Position numbers and translations under genes: made by a program | In this document: positions 18,080 through 28,548 of the stretch, piece by piece | How positions within the stretch are numbered: the first letter of the stretch is position 1 | Layout: the number at the start of each line of letters is the position of its first letter | The notes under the pieces: model-generated | Seen by the model: only the letters and a program-made list of their open reading frames with translations | The model's database searches: none | Told to the model about the DNA's origin: nothing | Assembly: GCA_965248355.1 (NCBI GenBank) | Contig: OZ252098.1 | Span: 288,001-352,000 of the forward strand | Source of the DNA: Candidatus Latescibacterota bacterium | Lineage (GTDB): Bacteria > Latescibacterota > UBA2968 > UBA8231 | DNA: 64,000 bases | Reading direction: 5' to 3'

Positions 18080-18802
18080 CTGCGCGCCATCATCCTCGCC
18101 GCCGGGGCCGGTACCCGGCTCCGCCCGCTCACGGAGAGCCGGCCGAAGTGCCTGGTCCCGGTGGCGGGACGGGCTCTGATCGACCGCCAGCTGGACGGGC
18201 TCACCGGCATCGGGGTGCGGGACGTGGTCGTGGTCACAGGATTCGAGGCCGGCCAGGTACGCTCCCATCTCGGCGGCCGGGCTCGCTGCGTCGTCAACGA
18301 CGACTGGCCGACGACGAACAGCATCGAATCGCTGCACCGGGCACGCCGCTACCTGGAGGGGGACACCTTCCTGCTCAACTGCGATATCCTGTTTGAACGG
18401 GCCGCCGTGGAGCGCCTCGGGACAGCTGCGGGCAGCAGCATCGCCGTCGACTCCCGGGCGGTCCGGGAAGCCGGGGAGATGAACGTGCGGATCGGCCCGT
18501 CGGGCCGGGTTGCGGAGATCGGCAAGCACCTGGACCCGGCCCGGTCGCAGGCGGTGAGCGCGCAGCTGGTCCGCTTCGACGCCGCCGGGTCGGAGTTGGT
18601 TCGGCGGGAGGTCGAACGCCTGGTGCGCGGGGGAGGAGGCGGGGCCTTTCCCCCCTCGGCGTACGGACCGCTGATCCGGTCCGGAGGGCTGCGCCCCGTG
18701 GAGACCGGGGATCTCCCCTGGTTCGAGATCGACTCCCTGGAGGACTATCGGCGAGCCTCCCGGCAGCTGGCCCGGCGGCGGCCCGGTGGCGGCCTGCCAT
18801 GA
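18080..18802 (+). CDS. Second phosphocholine cytidylyltransferase-family NTP-transferase (CTG start)
   Basis: CTG-RAIILAAGAGTRLRPLTESRPKCL...WFEIDSLEDY; GGAGG 7 nt upstream of CTG; in-frame TGA at 18023 excludes an earlier start. Confidence 0.85.
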   Translation: MRAIILAAGAGTRLRPLTESRPKCLVPVAGRALIDRQLDGLTGIGVRDVVVVTGFEAGQVRSHLGGRARCVVNDDWPTTNSIESLHRARRYLEGDTFLLNCDILFERAAVERLGTAAGSSIAVDSRAVREAGEMNVRIGPSGRVAEIGKHLDPARSQAVSAQLVRFDAAGSELVRREVERLVRGGGGGAFPPSAYGPLIRSGGLRPVETGDLPWFEIDSLEDYRRASRQLARRRPGGGLP

Positions 18803-21588
18803 GGGATCGAATCGAGATCCGCGGGGCCCGCGAGCACAACCTGCAGGCCGTGGACCTGGACCTTCCCCACGGCCGGCTCATCGTCCTCACCGGCGTCTCC
18901 GGCTCGGGCAAGTCGAGCCTGGCCTTCGACACCATCTACGCCGAGGCCCGGCGGCGTTTCCTGCTGACGGCCGAAGGGGGAGCCGCCGCCTTCGCCCAGC
19001 GGCTGCAGCCGCCGCGGGTGCAGCGCATCGACGGGCTGCGGCCGGCCCTGGCCATCGCCCAGGCGCGCCATCGTCCGTCGTCGCGCTCGACGGCGGCCAC
19101 GATCACCGGGCTGGCGGACTACCTGCGGCTGTTGTGGGCCCGGGTCGGCCGGCCCCGCTGCCTGGAATGCGGCGAGCCGGTGGCCGCCCACGCCTTCGAG
19201 GAGGTCCTGGAGCGGGCCTCGGGCCGGCCCGAGGGCAGCCGGCTGGTGGTGACGGCTCCCCTGCCGCCGCCGGCCACGGCGGACGGGGCCCGGGAGCTGA
19301 TCGCCGAGGTCGAGCGCAGCGGCTACCGGCGGCTCCGCTGCGGCCCCGAGACCCTGGTGCTGGAGGATGTGGAGCCCTCCCGGATCGTCGGCCGTCCCCT
19401 GGAGGTGGTCGTCGACCGGGTCAAGGTCAAGACGGACACCCGGCGGCGGTTGCGGGGCTCCCTGCAGGCGGCGGTCCAGCTCGGCCGCGGGCGCGTCGGC
19501 CTCGTCGATCCGGCCACCGGCGCCGAGGAGCGCTACAGCGTGCGGCCCGCCTGCGCCGGTTGCGGGGCCGCCTTCCCGGACATCTCCGCCGCGCTGTTCA
19601 GCTTCAACAGCCCGGCCGGCGCCTGCCCGGACTGCCACGGCACCGGACGCTCCGCGGGCAGCTCCTTCGAGCGGCTGCTGTCGGCGGGCGAGCCTCCGGC
19701 GGCGTCCCTGGCGGTGCTGTGGGAGCGCTTCGGCCATCGCCGTCTCCAGCGGGAGGTGGACGGATTCTGCCGGCGCGCCCGGGTCGACCCGTCGGAGCCC
19801 CTCTCGGAGTGGCCGGAGGAGGTGGTCCGCGCCCTGTGGGAGGGCGAACGGCCCCGGCCCCGCGGCAAGCCCTTCCCCGGGCTGCGGCGCTGGCTCGATG
19901 CGAGAGCCGGGGCGGCGGACGACCGCGAGGAGCGCGCCTGGCTGGAGGAGGTGCAGGAGAGCGGGGCCGGGGAGTCGCCCTGCGGCGGGTGCGGGGGCCG
20001 CCGCTTGTCGGCCGCCGCCCTGGCCGTCCGCATCGACGGGGAGAGCATCGCCGATCTGCTGGGCCGCACCCTCTCCGAAGCCGCCGAATGGCTCCAAGGG
20101 GTCGCCATCGCCCCCGAGCAGCGGGCCCTGGCCGACCACATCCTCGACGTCGTCCGCCAGGGAGTGGCGGTGATGCTCGACCTCGGACTGGGATACCTCA
20201 CCCTGGACCGGCGGGCGCCGACGCTGTCGGCCGGGGAGCTGCAGCGCCTGCAACTTGTGGCCGCCCTCGGCTCGGGTCTGTCCCAGGTCCTCTACGTCCT
20301 CGACGAACCCAGCGCCGGCCTGCACGGGCGGGACACCCGCCGCCTGGGGGCCGCCCTCGAGCGGCTCCGGGACCGGGGCAACTCCGTGCTGGTCGTCGAG
20401 CACGATCTGGACCTGGTCAGGGCCGCCGACCTGCTCGTGGAGCTCGGACCCGGCGCCGGCGACCAGGGCGGACGCCTGCTCTTTCGGGGGCCGCCCCGGG
20501 AAGCCGGGACCGCCGGCACCGCCACCGGCCAGGCCCTGGCCGGGGACGGACCGGCGCGGCGCAATCGCACCCCGGGCGCCGGCGGCTGGCTGGAGCTTCT
20601 GGGCGCCCGCGGTCACAACCTGCAGGGCGTCGACCTGTCCCTCCCCCTCGGCTGCCTGGTGAGCGTCACGGGCGTCTCCGGCTCGGGCAAGAGCAGTCTC
20701 GTCCATCACACCCTGCACGCCGCCCTCGCCGCCCGCCTGCAGGGCGCCGGACGCCGGCCCCTGCCCTTCGACGAGTTGCGGGGATCCGAGGCCCTGGAGC
20801 GGGTGGTCGCCGTGGATCAGTCTCCCATCGGCCGCACGGCGCGCTCGAACGCGGCCACCTACACCGGGCTCATGGCCGTCCTGCGACAGCTGTTCGCCGA
20901 GTTGCCCGAGTCCCGGCTGCGCGGCTACCACGCCGGCCACTTCAGCTTCAACAGCGCCGGCGCCTGCAGCCGCTGCGGCGGCACCGGCCGCGAGCCGGAG
21001 GCGGCCGTCGACCTGGAGGATCTGCCCCTGCCCTGCGGGCGCTGCGCGGGCACCCGCTACCGGCGGGAGGTCCTGGAGATCCGCTTCCGCGGCCTGTCGA
21101 TCGCGGAAGCGCTGGAGCTGAGCGTGGCCGAGGCGGGGCTCCGGTTCGCCAACGTGCCCGAGGCCGCCCGGCGCCTGGGGCTGCTCACCGATCTCGGACT
21201 GGGGTACCTGCGTCTCGGTCAGCCGGCGAGTCACCTCAGCGGCGGCGAGGCCCAGCGGGTGAAGCTGTCGGCCGAGCTCGGCCGGCCGGCGGTGGAGCGC
21301 ACCCTCTATCTCCTGGACGAGCCCACCTCCGGGCTGCACCGCCGCGACGCGGCCTTCCTCGTGGAGCTGCTTCAGCGTCTGGTCGACCGCGGCCACACGG
21401 TGCTCGTGGTCGAGCACGACCCGTACGTGATCGCCGCCTCCGACCACGTCGTCGACCTCGGTCCCGAGGCCGGAGGCGATGGGGGGCGGGTGGTGGTGAC
21501 GGGCACGCCGGACGAGGTCGCCGCCTGCGAGGCCTCGCACACCGGCCGGGTTCTCCGGGCGGCCTTTCCCGCGGTCCCGGGGGTTTGA
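18799..21588 (+). CDS. uvrA: UvrA-family ABC ATPase (divergent)
   Basis: GAREHNL, two GVSGSGKSSL Walker A motifs, FSFNS..GAC Zn motifs, LSGGEAQRVKL, LDEP. Confidence 0.85.
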   Translation: MRDRIEIRGAREHNLQAVDLDLPHGRLIVLTGVSGSGKSSLAFDTIYAEARRRFLLTAEGGAAAFAQRLQPPRVQRIDGLRPALAIAQARHRPSSRSTAATITGLADYLRLLWARVGRPRCLECGEPVAAHAFEEVLERASGRPEGSRLVVTAPLPPPATADGARELIAEVERSGYRRLRCGPETLVLEDVEPSRIVGRPLEVVVDRVKVKTDTRRRLRGSLQAAVQLGRGRVGLVDPATGAEERYSVRPACAGCGAAFPDISAALFSFNSPAGACPDCHGTGRSAGSSFERLLSAGEPPAASLAVLWERFGHRRLQREVDGFCRRARVDPSEPLSEWPEEVVRALWEGERPRPRGKPFPGLRRWLDARAGAADDREERAWLEEVQESGAGESPCGGCGGRRLSAAALAVRIDGESIADLLGRTLSEAAEWLQGVAIAPEQRALADHILDVVRQGVAVMLDLGLGYLTLDRRAPTLSAGELQRLQLVAALGSGLSQVLYVLDEPSAGLHGRDTRRLGAALERLRDRGNSVLVVEHDLDLVRAADLLVELGPGAGDQGGRLLFRGPPREAGTAGTATGQALAGDGPARRNRTPGAGGWLELLGARGHNLQGVDLSLPLGCLVSVTGVSGSGKSSLVHHTLHAALAARLQGAGRRPLPFDELRGSEALERVVAVDQSPIGRTARSNAATYTGLMAVLRQLFAELPESRLRGYHAGHFSFNSAGACSRCGGTGREPEAAVDLEDLPLPCGRCAGTRYRREVLEIRFRGLSIAEALELSVAEAGLRFANVPEAARRLGLLTDLGLGYLRLGQPASHLSGGEAQRVKLSAELGRPAVERTLYLLDEPTSGLHRRDAAFLVELLQRLVDRGHTVLVVEHDPYVIAASDHVVDLGPEAGGDGGRVVVTGTPDEVAACEASHTGRVLRAAFPAVPGV

Positions 21589-23553
<1,965 letters not shown>

Positions 23554-23569
23554 CCCGGCTCCGGACCGG

Positions 23570-23598
23570 TTGAGAGGGCGCGGGGGCACGGGTATATT
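23570..23598 (+). promoter_or_regulatory. sigma70-like promoter
   Basis: TTGAGA-N17-TATATT upstream of the AAGGAG RBS of the Gfo/Idh/MocA gene. Confidence 0.55.
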
Positions 23599-23621
23599 GG
23601 CCCGCCCCAAACAAGGAGCGG

Positions 23622-24626
23622 ATGATGGCGGGACCGATCCGGGTCGGATTCATCGGTTGCGGCGGGAATGCCTCGGGCCACATAGGGCAGGTTCTGCAGA
23701 TCCCCGAGGCCGAGGTGGCGGCCCTGTGCGACCCCAGCCAGGCGAGCCTGGACCGGGCCTTGGAGCGCAACGAGGGGGCCCGGCACGCCGGGCTGTTCTC
23801 CGACCACCCGCGGATGCTCGACGAGGTCGAGCTCGACGCGGTGGAGATCTCGACGCCCCATACCCTGCATTTCCAGCAGATCATGGACAGCCTCGACAGG
23901 GGCTGCCACGTCCTCACCGAGAAGCCCATGGTCTGCACCGTCGATCACGCGCACCAGGTGATCCGCCGGGCCCGGGAGACGGAGCGGATCCTGATGGTCT
24001 CCTACCAGCGGCATCTGGAGCCCGTGTACCGGTTCGTGCGCAACCAGGTCCAGGCCGGCGAGCTGGGTCAGGTGCAGTTCGTCTCCGCCCTGCAGGACCA
24101 GGGCTGGTACCGCGCCCAGCAGGGCCAGTGGCGCCAGGATCCGGCCCTGTCGGGCGGCGGTCAGCTCAACGACTCGGGCAGTCACCTCCTCGACATCGTG
24201 CTGTGGATGACCGGCCTGGCCGTCGAGGAGGTGCAGGCGTGGATGGACAGCTTCGACACCGAGGTGGACGTCAACTCGGCCATGAGCCTGCGCTTCCGTG
24301 GCGGGGCCCTGGGCAACCTGTCGGTGGTCGGCAACGCCCCCACCGGCGGCATCTGGGAGGACATCACCATCTGGGGCTCGAAGGCCGCCGTCTACATCCG
24401 CAACGGCAGGCTGACCTACAAGAGAGCCGGCCACGGCGACGCCTGGGAGCCCAGCGGCCTGCCGGGCGCCGGGTCCCCCGACCGCAACTTCTTCGACGCC
24501 ATCCTCGGACGCGACGAGGTGCAGGTGCCTCCCGAGTGCGGCCTGCGGGTCATCGAGCTGACCGAGGCGGCCTGGGAGTCGGCGCGCACGGGCGCACCGG
24601 TGAAGGTCGCCGCCACCGCCGACTGA
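23622..24626 (+). CDS. Gfo/Idh/MocA family oxidoreductase
   Basis: GFIGCGG, HVLTEKPM, GGGQLNDSGSHLLD. Confidence 0.92.
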   Translation: MMAGPIRVGFIGCGGNASGHIGQVLQIPEAEVAALCDPSQASLDRALERNEGARHAGLFSDHPRMLDEVELDAVEISTPHTLHFQQIMDSLDRGCHVLTEKPMVCTVDHAHQVIRRARETERILMVSYQRHLEPVYRFVRNQVQAGELGQVQFVSALQDQGWYRAQQGQWRQDPALSGGGQLNDSGSHLLDIVLWMTGLAVEEVQAWMDSFDTEVDVNSAMSLRFRGGALGNLSVVGNAPTGGIWEDITIWGSKAAVYIRNGRLTYKRAGHGDAWEPSGLPGAGSPDRNFFDAILGRDEVQVPPECGLRVIELTEAAWESARTGAPVKVAATAD

Positions 24627-24639
24627 CGAGGAGGACGAC

Positions 24640-25221
24640 GTGAGCTGGACGGAGTTGTTCAACGGCCGGGACCTGAGCGGCTGGGCCGCCACCGGAGACG
24701 AGGGCGGCTGGGACGTGGACGACGGCTGCATTCGCTGCCGGGCCGAGAACGGCGGCTACCTGTACACCCTGGACCGGTTCGAGGACTTCGAGCTGGCCCT
24801 GGAGTACCGCACCGAGCCGCGGTGCAACAGCGGCGTGTTCTTCCGCTGGTCCGACCTGCGGGATCCGGTGAACACGGGACTGGAGATCCAGATCCTGGAC
24901 ACCTTGGGCCAGGAGCAGGACCGGTACTCCTCCGGGGCGCTCTACGATCTGGTCGCCCCGGCGCGGGACGTGGCCCGGCCGGCCGGGGAGTGGAACCGGA
25001 TGCTGCTCACCTGCCGGGGTCCGCGCATGCGGCTGGAGCAGAACGGCCTGCGCGCCTGGGACGTCGACGTCGACGCCTACGACACCCCCGGACGATGCCC
25101 CGACGGCACTCCGAACAAGTACCGCTACGCCTGGAAGGGGATGCCCCGCCTCGGCCACATCGGCCTGCAGGACCACGGCGGCGTCTGCTGGTTCCGCAAC
25201 CTGCGCTTGAGGACGGGATGA
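24640..25221 (+). CDS. DUF1080 / 3-keto-disaccharide hydrolase family protein
   Basis: LFNGRDLSGW, NSGVFFR, EIQILD, GEWN, GHIGLQDHG, FRNL. Confidence 0.9.
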   Translation: MSWTELFNGRDLSGWAATGDEGGWDVDDGCIRCRAENGGYLYTLDRFEDFELALEYRTEPRCNSGVFFRWSDLRDPVNTGLEIQILDTLGQEQDRYSSGALYDLVAPARDVARPAGEWNRMLLTCRGPRMRLEQNGLRAWDVDVDAYDTPGRCPDGTPNKYRYAWKGMPRLGHIGLQDHGGVCWFRNLRLRTG

Positions 25222-25282
25222 TGACGCTTCCCATGGTGTCCCGGCCATCCCGAACCTGCCGCCCGCGAGCGGCCGAGGGCTG

Positions 25283-25984
25283 ATGGCGACCTTCGAGCGG
25301 CTCTTCCGGGCTCCCTACGGCGTACCCAACGCCCTGCAGCGCACCGATGCCGGGCTGTGGATCGCCGACCAGATCTCCGATCGCCTGGCCCTCGTGGAGG
25401 TCGCCCCGCCCGGCGACTACGGCGTCACCTTCCGCCCCCGGGAGATCCCCACGGACGGCTCCAACATCAGCGGCATGGCGGCCGGGGAGGGCGGCCTGTG
25501 GATCGCCTCCAACGGCGACGGCTCCCTGTGGCGCCGGGTGCGCCCCACCGACGCGGCCTCCGGTGCCGGCGAAGTCCTGAAGGTCGACCCGGCCAGCGGC
25601 CGGACCGAGTTGCGCCGGCCGGTACCCGGCGGCGGCGGCGTCCACGGCATCGAGTACGACCACGTCGACCCCGGCCACTTGTGGATCACCACTCTGCGCG
25701 AGCAGACCCTGAGCAAGGTGCGCATCGCCGACTGGCAGGTGGTCCACGCCATCCCGCTGCCCTACCAGCGCGCCCACGGCGTGGTGCGGATCGGGCGGGG
25801 CGTCTGGGTCGTGCACACCAGCGACCGGCTGATCGTGCATCTGGACGTGGACGACGGCGGCGAGCTCGGCCGCGTGGCCGTTCCCGAGGAGGAGCCCCAG
25901 CCCCACGGCCTGTCGGCCTGGGAAGGGGAGGACCTCGCCTACTGCGACGCCACCTCGGGATGGGTCGTGCGCGTCGCCCTTTGA
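25283..25984 (+). CDS. Hypothetical beta-propeller protein (Vgb-like)
   Basis: Repeated HG-hydrophobic / LWI blade motifs (PNAL..GLWI, SGMA..GLWI, HGIE..HLWI, PHGLS). Confidence 0.6.
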   Translation: MATFERLFRAPYGVPNALQRTDAGLWIADQISDRLALVEVAPPGDYGVTFRPREIPTDGSNISGMAAGEGGLWIASNGDGSLWRRVRPTDAASGAGEVLKVDPASGRTELRRPVPGGGGVHGIEYDHVDPGHLWITTLREQTLSKVRIADWQVVHAIPLPYQRAHGVVRIGRGVWVVHTSDRLIVHLDVDDGGELGRVAVPEEEPQPHGLSAWEGEDLAYCDATSGWVVRVAL

Positions 25985-26048
25985 CGTGATGATGAGGGGC
26001 CTCAAGTCGATGTTCTTCGGCGGCGAGGGGCTGCACCTGGCGACCCTT
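25983..26048 (+). pseudogene. Fragment of an AIM24/TIGR00266 family gene
   Basis: Translates to DVMMRGLKSMFFGGEGLHLATL, which matches the family's FGGEGLFLA motif; no full gene is present. Confidence 0.55.
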
Positions 26049-26298
26049 GGGGTCGAGCCGGCGTACGTGTTCCGGTTCGTGGTCGGGGAGTTGCGGGACG
26101 GTCAGGTCAGGCCGGTCCGAACCGCCAGGTCGGGGGGGCGTGCTCTTACTCCAGTCCCGCGAAGAGCGGATACCCTGTGTAAGATGGACGAACGCAGGCC
26201 TGGAAGAAGGTCATGGGTCAGACAACGAACGGGGCAATAGTCGAAATCGCTTGGCGGAAGGACTTCGACGTGGGCGATCCGTTGAGGGCGAGGACGCC

Positions 26299-26812
26299 AT
26301 GAGCGAAATGGAAAGGATGCGCCATGAGGCGGACGGCAACTTGCCGAAGGTACGCCGGGGTCTAGCTGCGGAGTACCGGGAGGATGCGAAGTTCGTGCTC
26401 AAGATCCTGCCGGACATGGATCGCAACAAAGCGCATGTCGACAAGCGCATCGCCGCGAAGATCGGGGAGAAGCGTAGGAAGAAATGGATGAGTCGGCAGG
26501 ACTTCCTGGAGCAGGGGAGACACACATTCGGGAAGTGGCGCTACTTCGAAACGAACGTGGGCGAAGAGGCAATGCCGGCGATGGTCAACTACCCAAGGGC
26601 GTTTGCGCTGGCCAAGGCGGCGCGGGTGATCGTCGACGAGGGCGAGATCGCGGGGTTAGGGTGCGAAGTCGACGTGGAGACGGAGGGCACCGTGGAGACG
26701 GACGAGGGCGATGCCAACTACACAAGAACAGGTGGGTCTGCACGTGACCGGTTGGGAGGCCTCAATCCCATGGGACTTGCTGCTGAAGACTGGATGGGGC
26801 AAACGGCCGTAG
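26299..26812 (+). pseudogene. Degraded hypothetical gene, possibly HEPN-like
   Basis: Lower-GC stretch with FLEQGRHTFGKWRYFE; an apparent frameshift near 26730 gives a plausible end VGLHVTGWEASIPWDLLLKTGWGKRP*. Confidence 0.35.
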
Positions 26813-26854
26813 AAGGGCACGAGGCAACCGGGAGCCCGTCAAGGAGACAACATC

Positions 26855-28336
26855 ATGGCCAAGGAAGAGCCGCTGGGTTACGTATCCGAGCCACAGAAGC
26901 AGGTGCCCATCGCCTGCGACGTGGATGTGGCCGTCGTCGGCGGCGGTCTCTCCGGCATGTTCTCGGCCATCGCGGCTGGACGCCTGGGAGCGAAGACCCT
27001 GCTCCTTGACCGTTTCGCCTCCCTGGGCGGCAACCTCGGCCCGGCGATGATCGTCGGGGGCAGTGTCGCCGGCGAGGCCCCCGTCACGCTGCCCGGCGGG
27101 CTGGCCGGCATCCCCAGGGAGCTGAACGACCGGATGGAGGCGCTTCGCGTCGAAACCGGTCACCGCTACGCCGATACCACCAACATCATTTCGCACCTCG
27201 CGGCTCAGATGGCCCTCGACGCCGGCGTCGAAATCCTCGTGCCCGTGTGGGTCGGCGATCCCATCATCGCAGGCAACTGCGTCACCGGCCTCTTTGTGGA
27301 AGGCAAGTCCGGCCGTGTCGCCGTCAAGGCCAAGGTCGTCATCGACGCCTCCGCCGACGCGGACGTGTGCCGGCGCGCCGGAGTCCCTGTCATTACCGAT
27401 ATGCCTCCCGACCCGTCCTGGCCGCCCGTCATCCGCGAGGAGTTCCGGCGCCCCGAGTTCGTGCCCTGGAACGACACGGCCATCTACTTCGTGATGGCCG
27501 ACGTGGACTTCCCCCGCTTCGAGCAGTTCCTCGCCAGCGACGTCACCCTCACCGCCGGGGACGAGGCGTGGCTGGCCGAGCGCCAGCGGTTTCCGTTTGC
27601 CCGACAAGCGTTCGAAGACCCCATGATCCCGCTGCTCCGGCATTCGTGGGAAACGGGCGAGTACTACTTCCTCAAGACCGTCGAGCCGCACGTCCACATC
27701 AACACGCCGAACCTCTGGAAAGGCCCGTATGAGAACGGGCTGGTCGGCAGCCGGATCAATATGGGTGGCGCCATTCGCCGCGACGACATGAAGCAGCACG
27801 CCCGCCTCGAAACCGCCATCCGCATGCACGTCTTCGAAACCGTGCAGTTCTTCCGCAAGTACGTCCCTGGCTTCGACCGCGCCTACCTGCTCATCGTCGC
27901 CCCGTACTTCGGCTCGCGGGGCGGCCCACACATTGACGGCGAGTACACCATCACCCCGGAGGACGCCTTCAACGGCGCCAAATTCGACGACGTGCTCTAC
28001 CGCAACACGCACGCCGCTCAGCCCCACTACGGCGGCGAAGCATCCGGCTTCGATACCCCTTACCGTTCGCTGCTGCCCAAGGGCATGGACGGCCTGCTCG
28101 CCACCGGCCGCGCCTCCGCCTACATCCGCCGCGGCCACGACCCCGGCGCCACTCGCGCCCGCCCGGCGCTCATGCAACTGGGCGAGGCCGCCGGCGCCGC
28201 TGCCGCCCTGGCCGTGCAGGATGGCGTCGCCCCCCGCCACCTCGATGTCAAGAGGCTCCAGCGCCACCTCCTGCAACAAGGCTTCTGGCTCGGCGAGCCG
28301 ACTCGCCTCGTGCAGCTCGGCCTCCCCGACTCCTGA
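26855..28336 (+). CDS. FAD-dependent oxidoreductase (PF12831-type)
   Basis: DVAVVGGGLSG, VIDASADAD, PYRSLLPKG..GLLATGR, GEAAGAAAALA; AAGGAG RBS. Confidence 0.9.
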   Translation: MAKEEPLGYVSEPQKQVPIACDVDVAVVGGGLSGMFSAIAAGRLGAKTLLLDRFASLGGNLGPAMIVGGSVAGEAPVTLPGGLAGIPRELNDRMEALRVETGHRYADTTNIISHLAAQMALDAGVEILVPVWVGDPIIAGNCVTGLFVEGKSGRVAVKAKVVIDASADADVCRRAGVPVITDMPPDPSWPPVIREEFRRPEFVPWNDTAIYFVMADVDFPRFEQFLASDVTLTAGDEAWLAERQRFPFARQAFEDPMIPLLRHSWETGEYYFLKTVEPHVHINTPNLWKGPYENGLVGSRINMGGAIRRDDMKQHARLETAIRMHVFETVQFFRKYVPGFDRAYLLIVAPYFGSRGGPHIDGEYTITPEDAFNGAKFDDVLYRNTHAAQPHYGGEASGFDTPYRSLLPKGMDGLLATGRASAYIRRGHDPGATRARPALMQLGEAAGAAAALAVQDGVAPRHLDVKRLQRHLLQQGFWLGEPTRLVQLGLPDS

Positions 28337-28548
28337 GCATGTGACTTCATATGTTGACCGCCCTCGTATACATGAGCTCCCACGACTCTGGCCATTCGGC
28401 CTCCCGACGCGGACCTGAAGGCTCAGACCGAAGACAGATGCCGATGGCGAGCCCTACACTGCGCCATGACCTGCCCGCTTTCGAGTGAGCCTCGGGGGTT
28501 GGCCTCAAGCTCACGGAAGTCCACCTGCCCGGCGCGGAGAGTGATCAG

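Noticed and set aside
28484-28514. GTGAGC...GCTCAC hairpin as REP or ncRNA
   Set aside because: Single short imperfect copy with no other support
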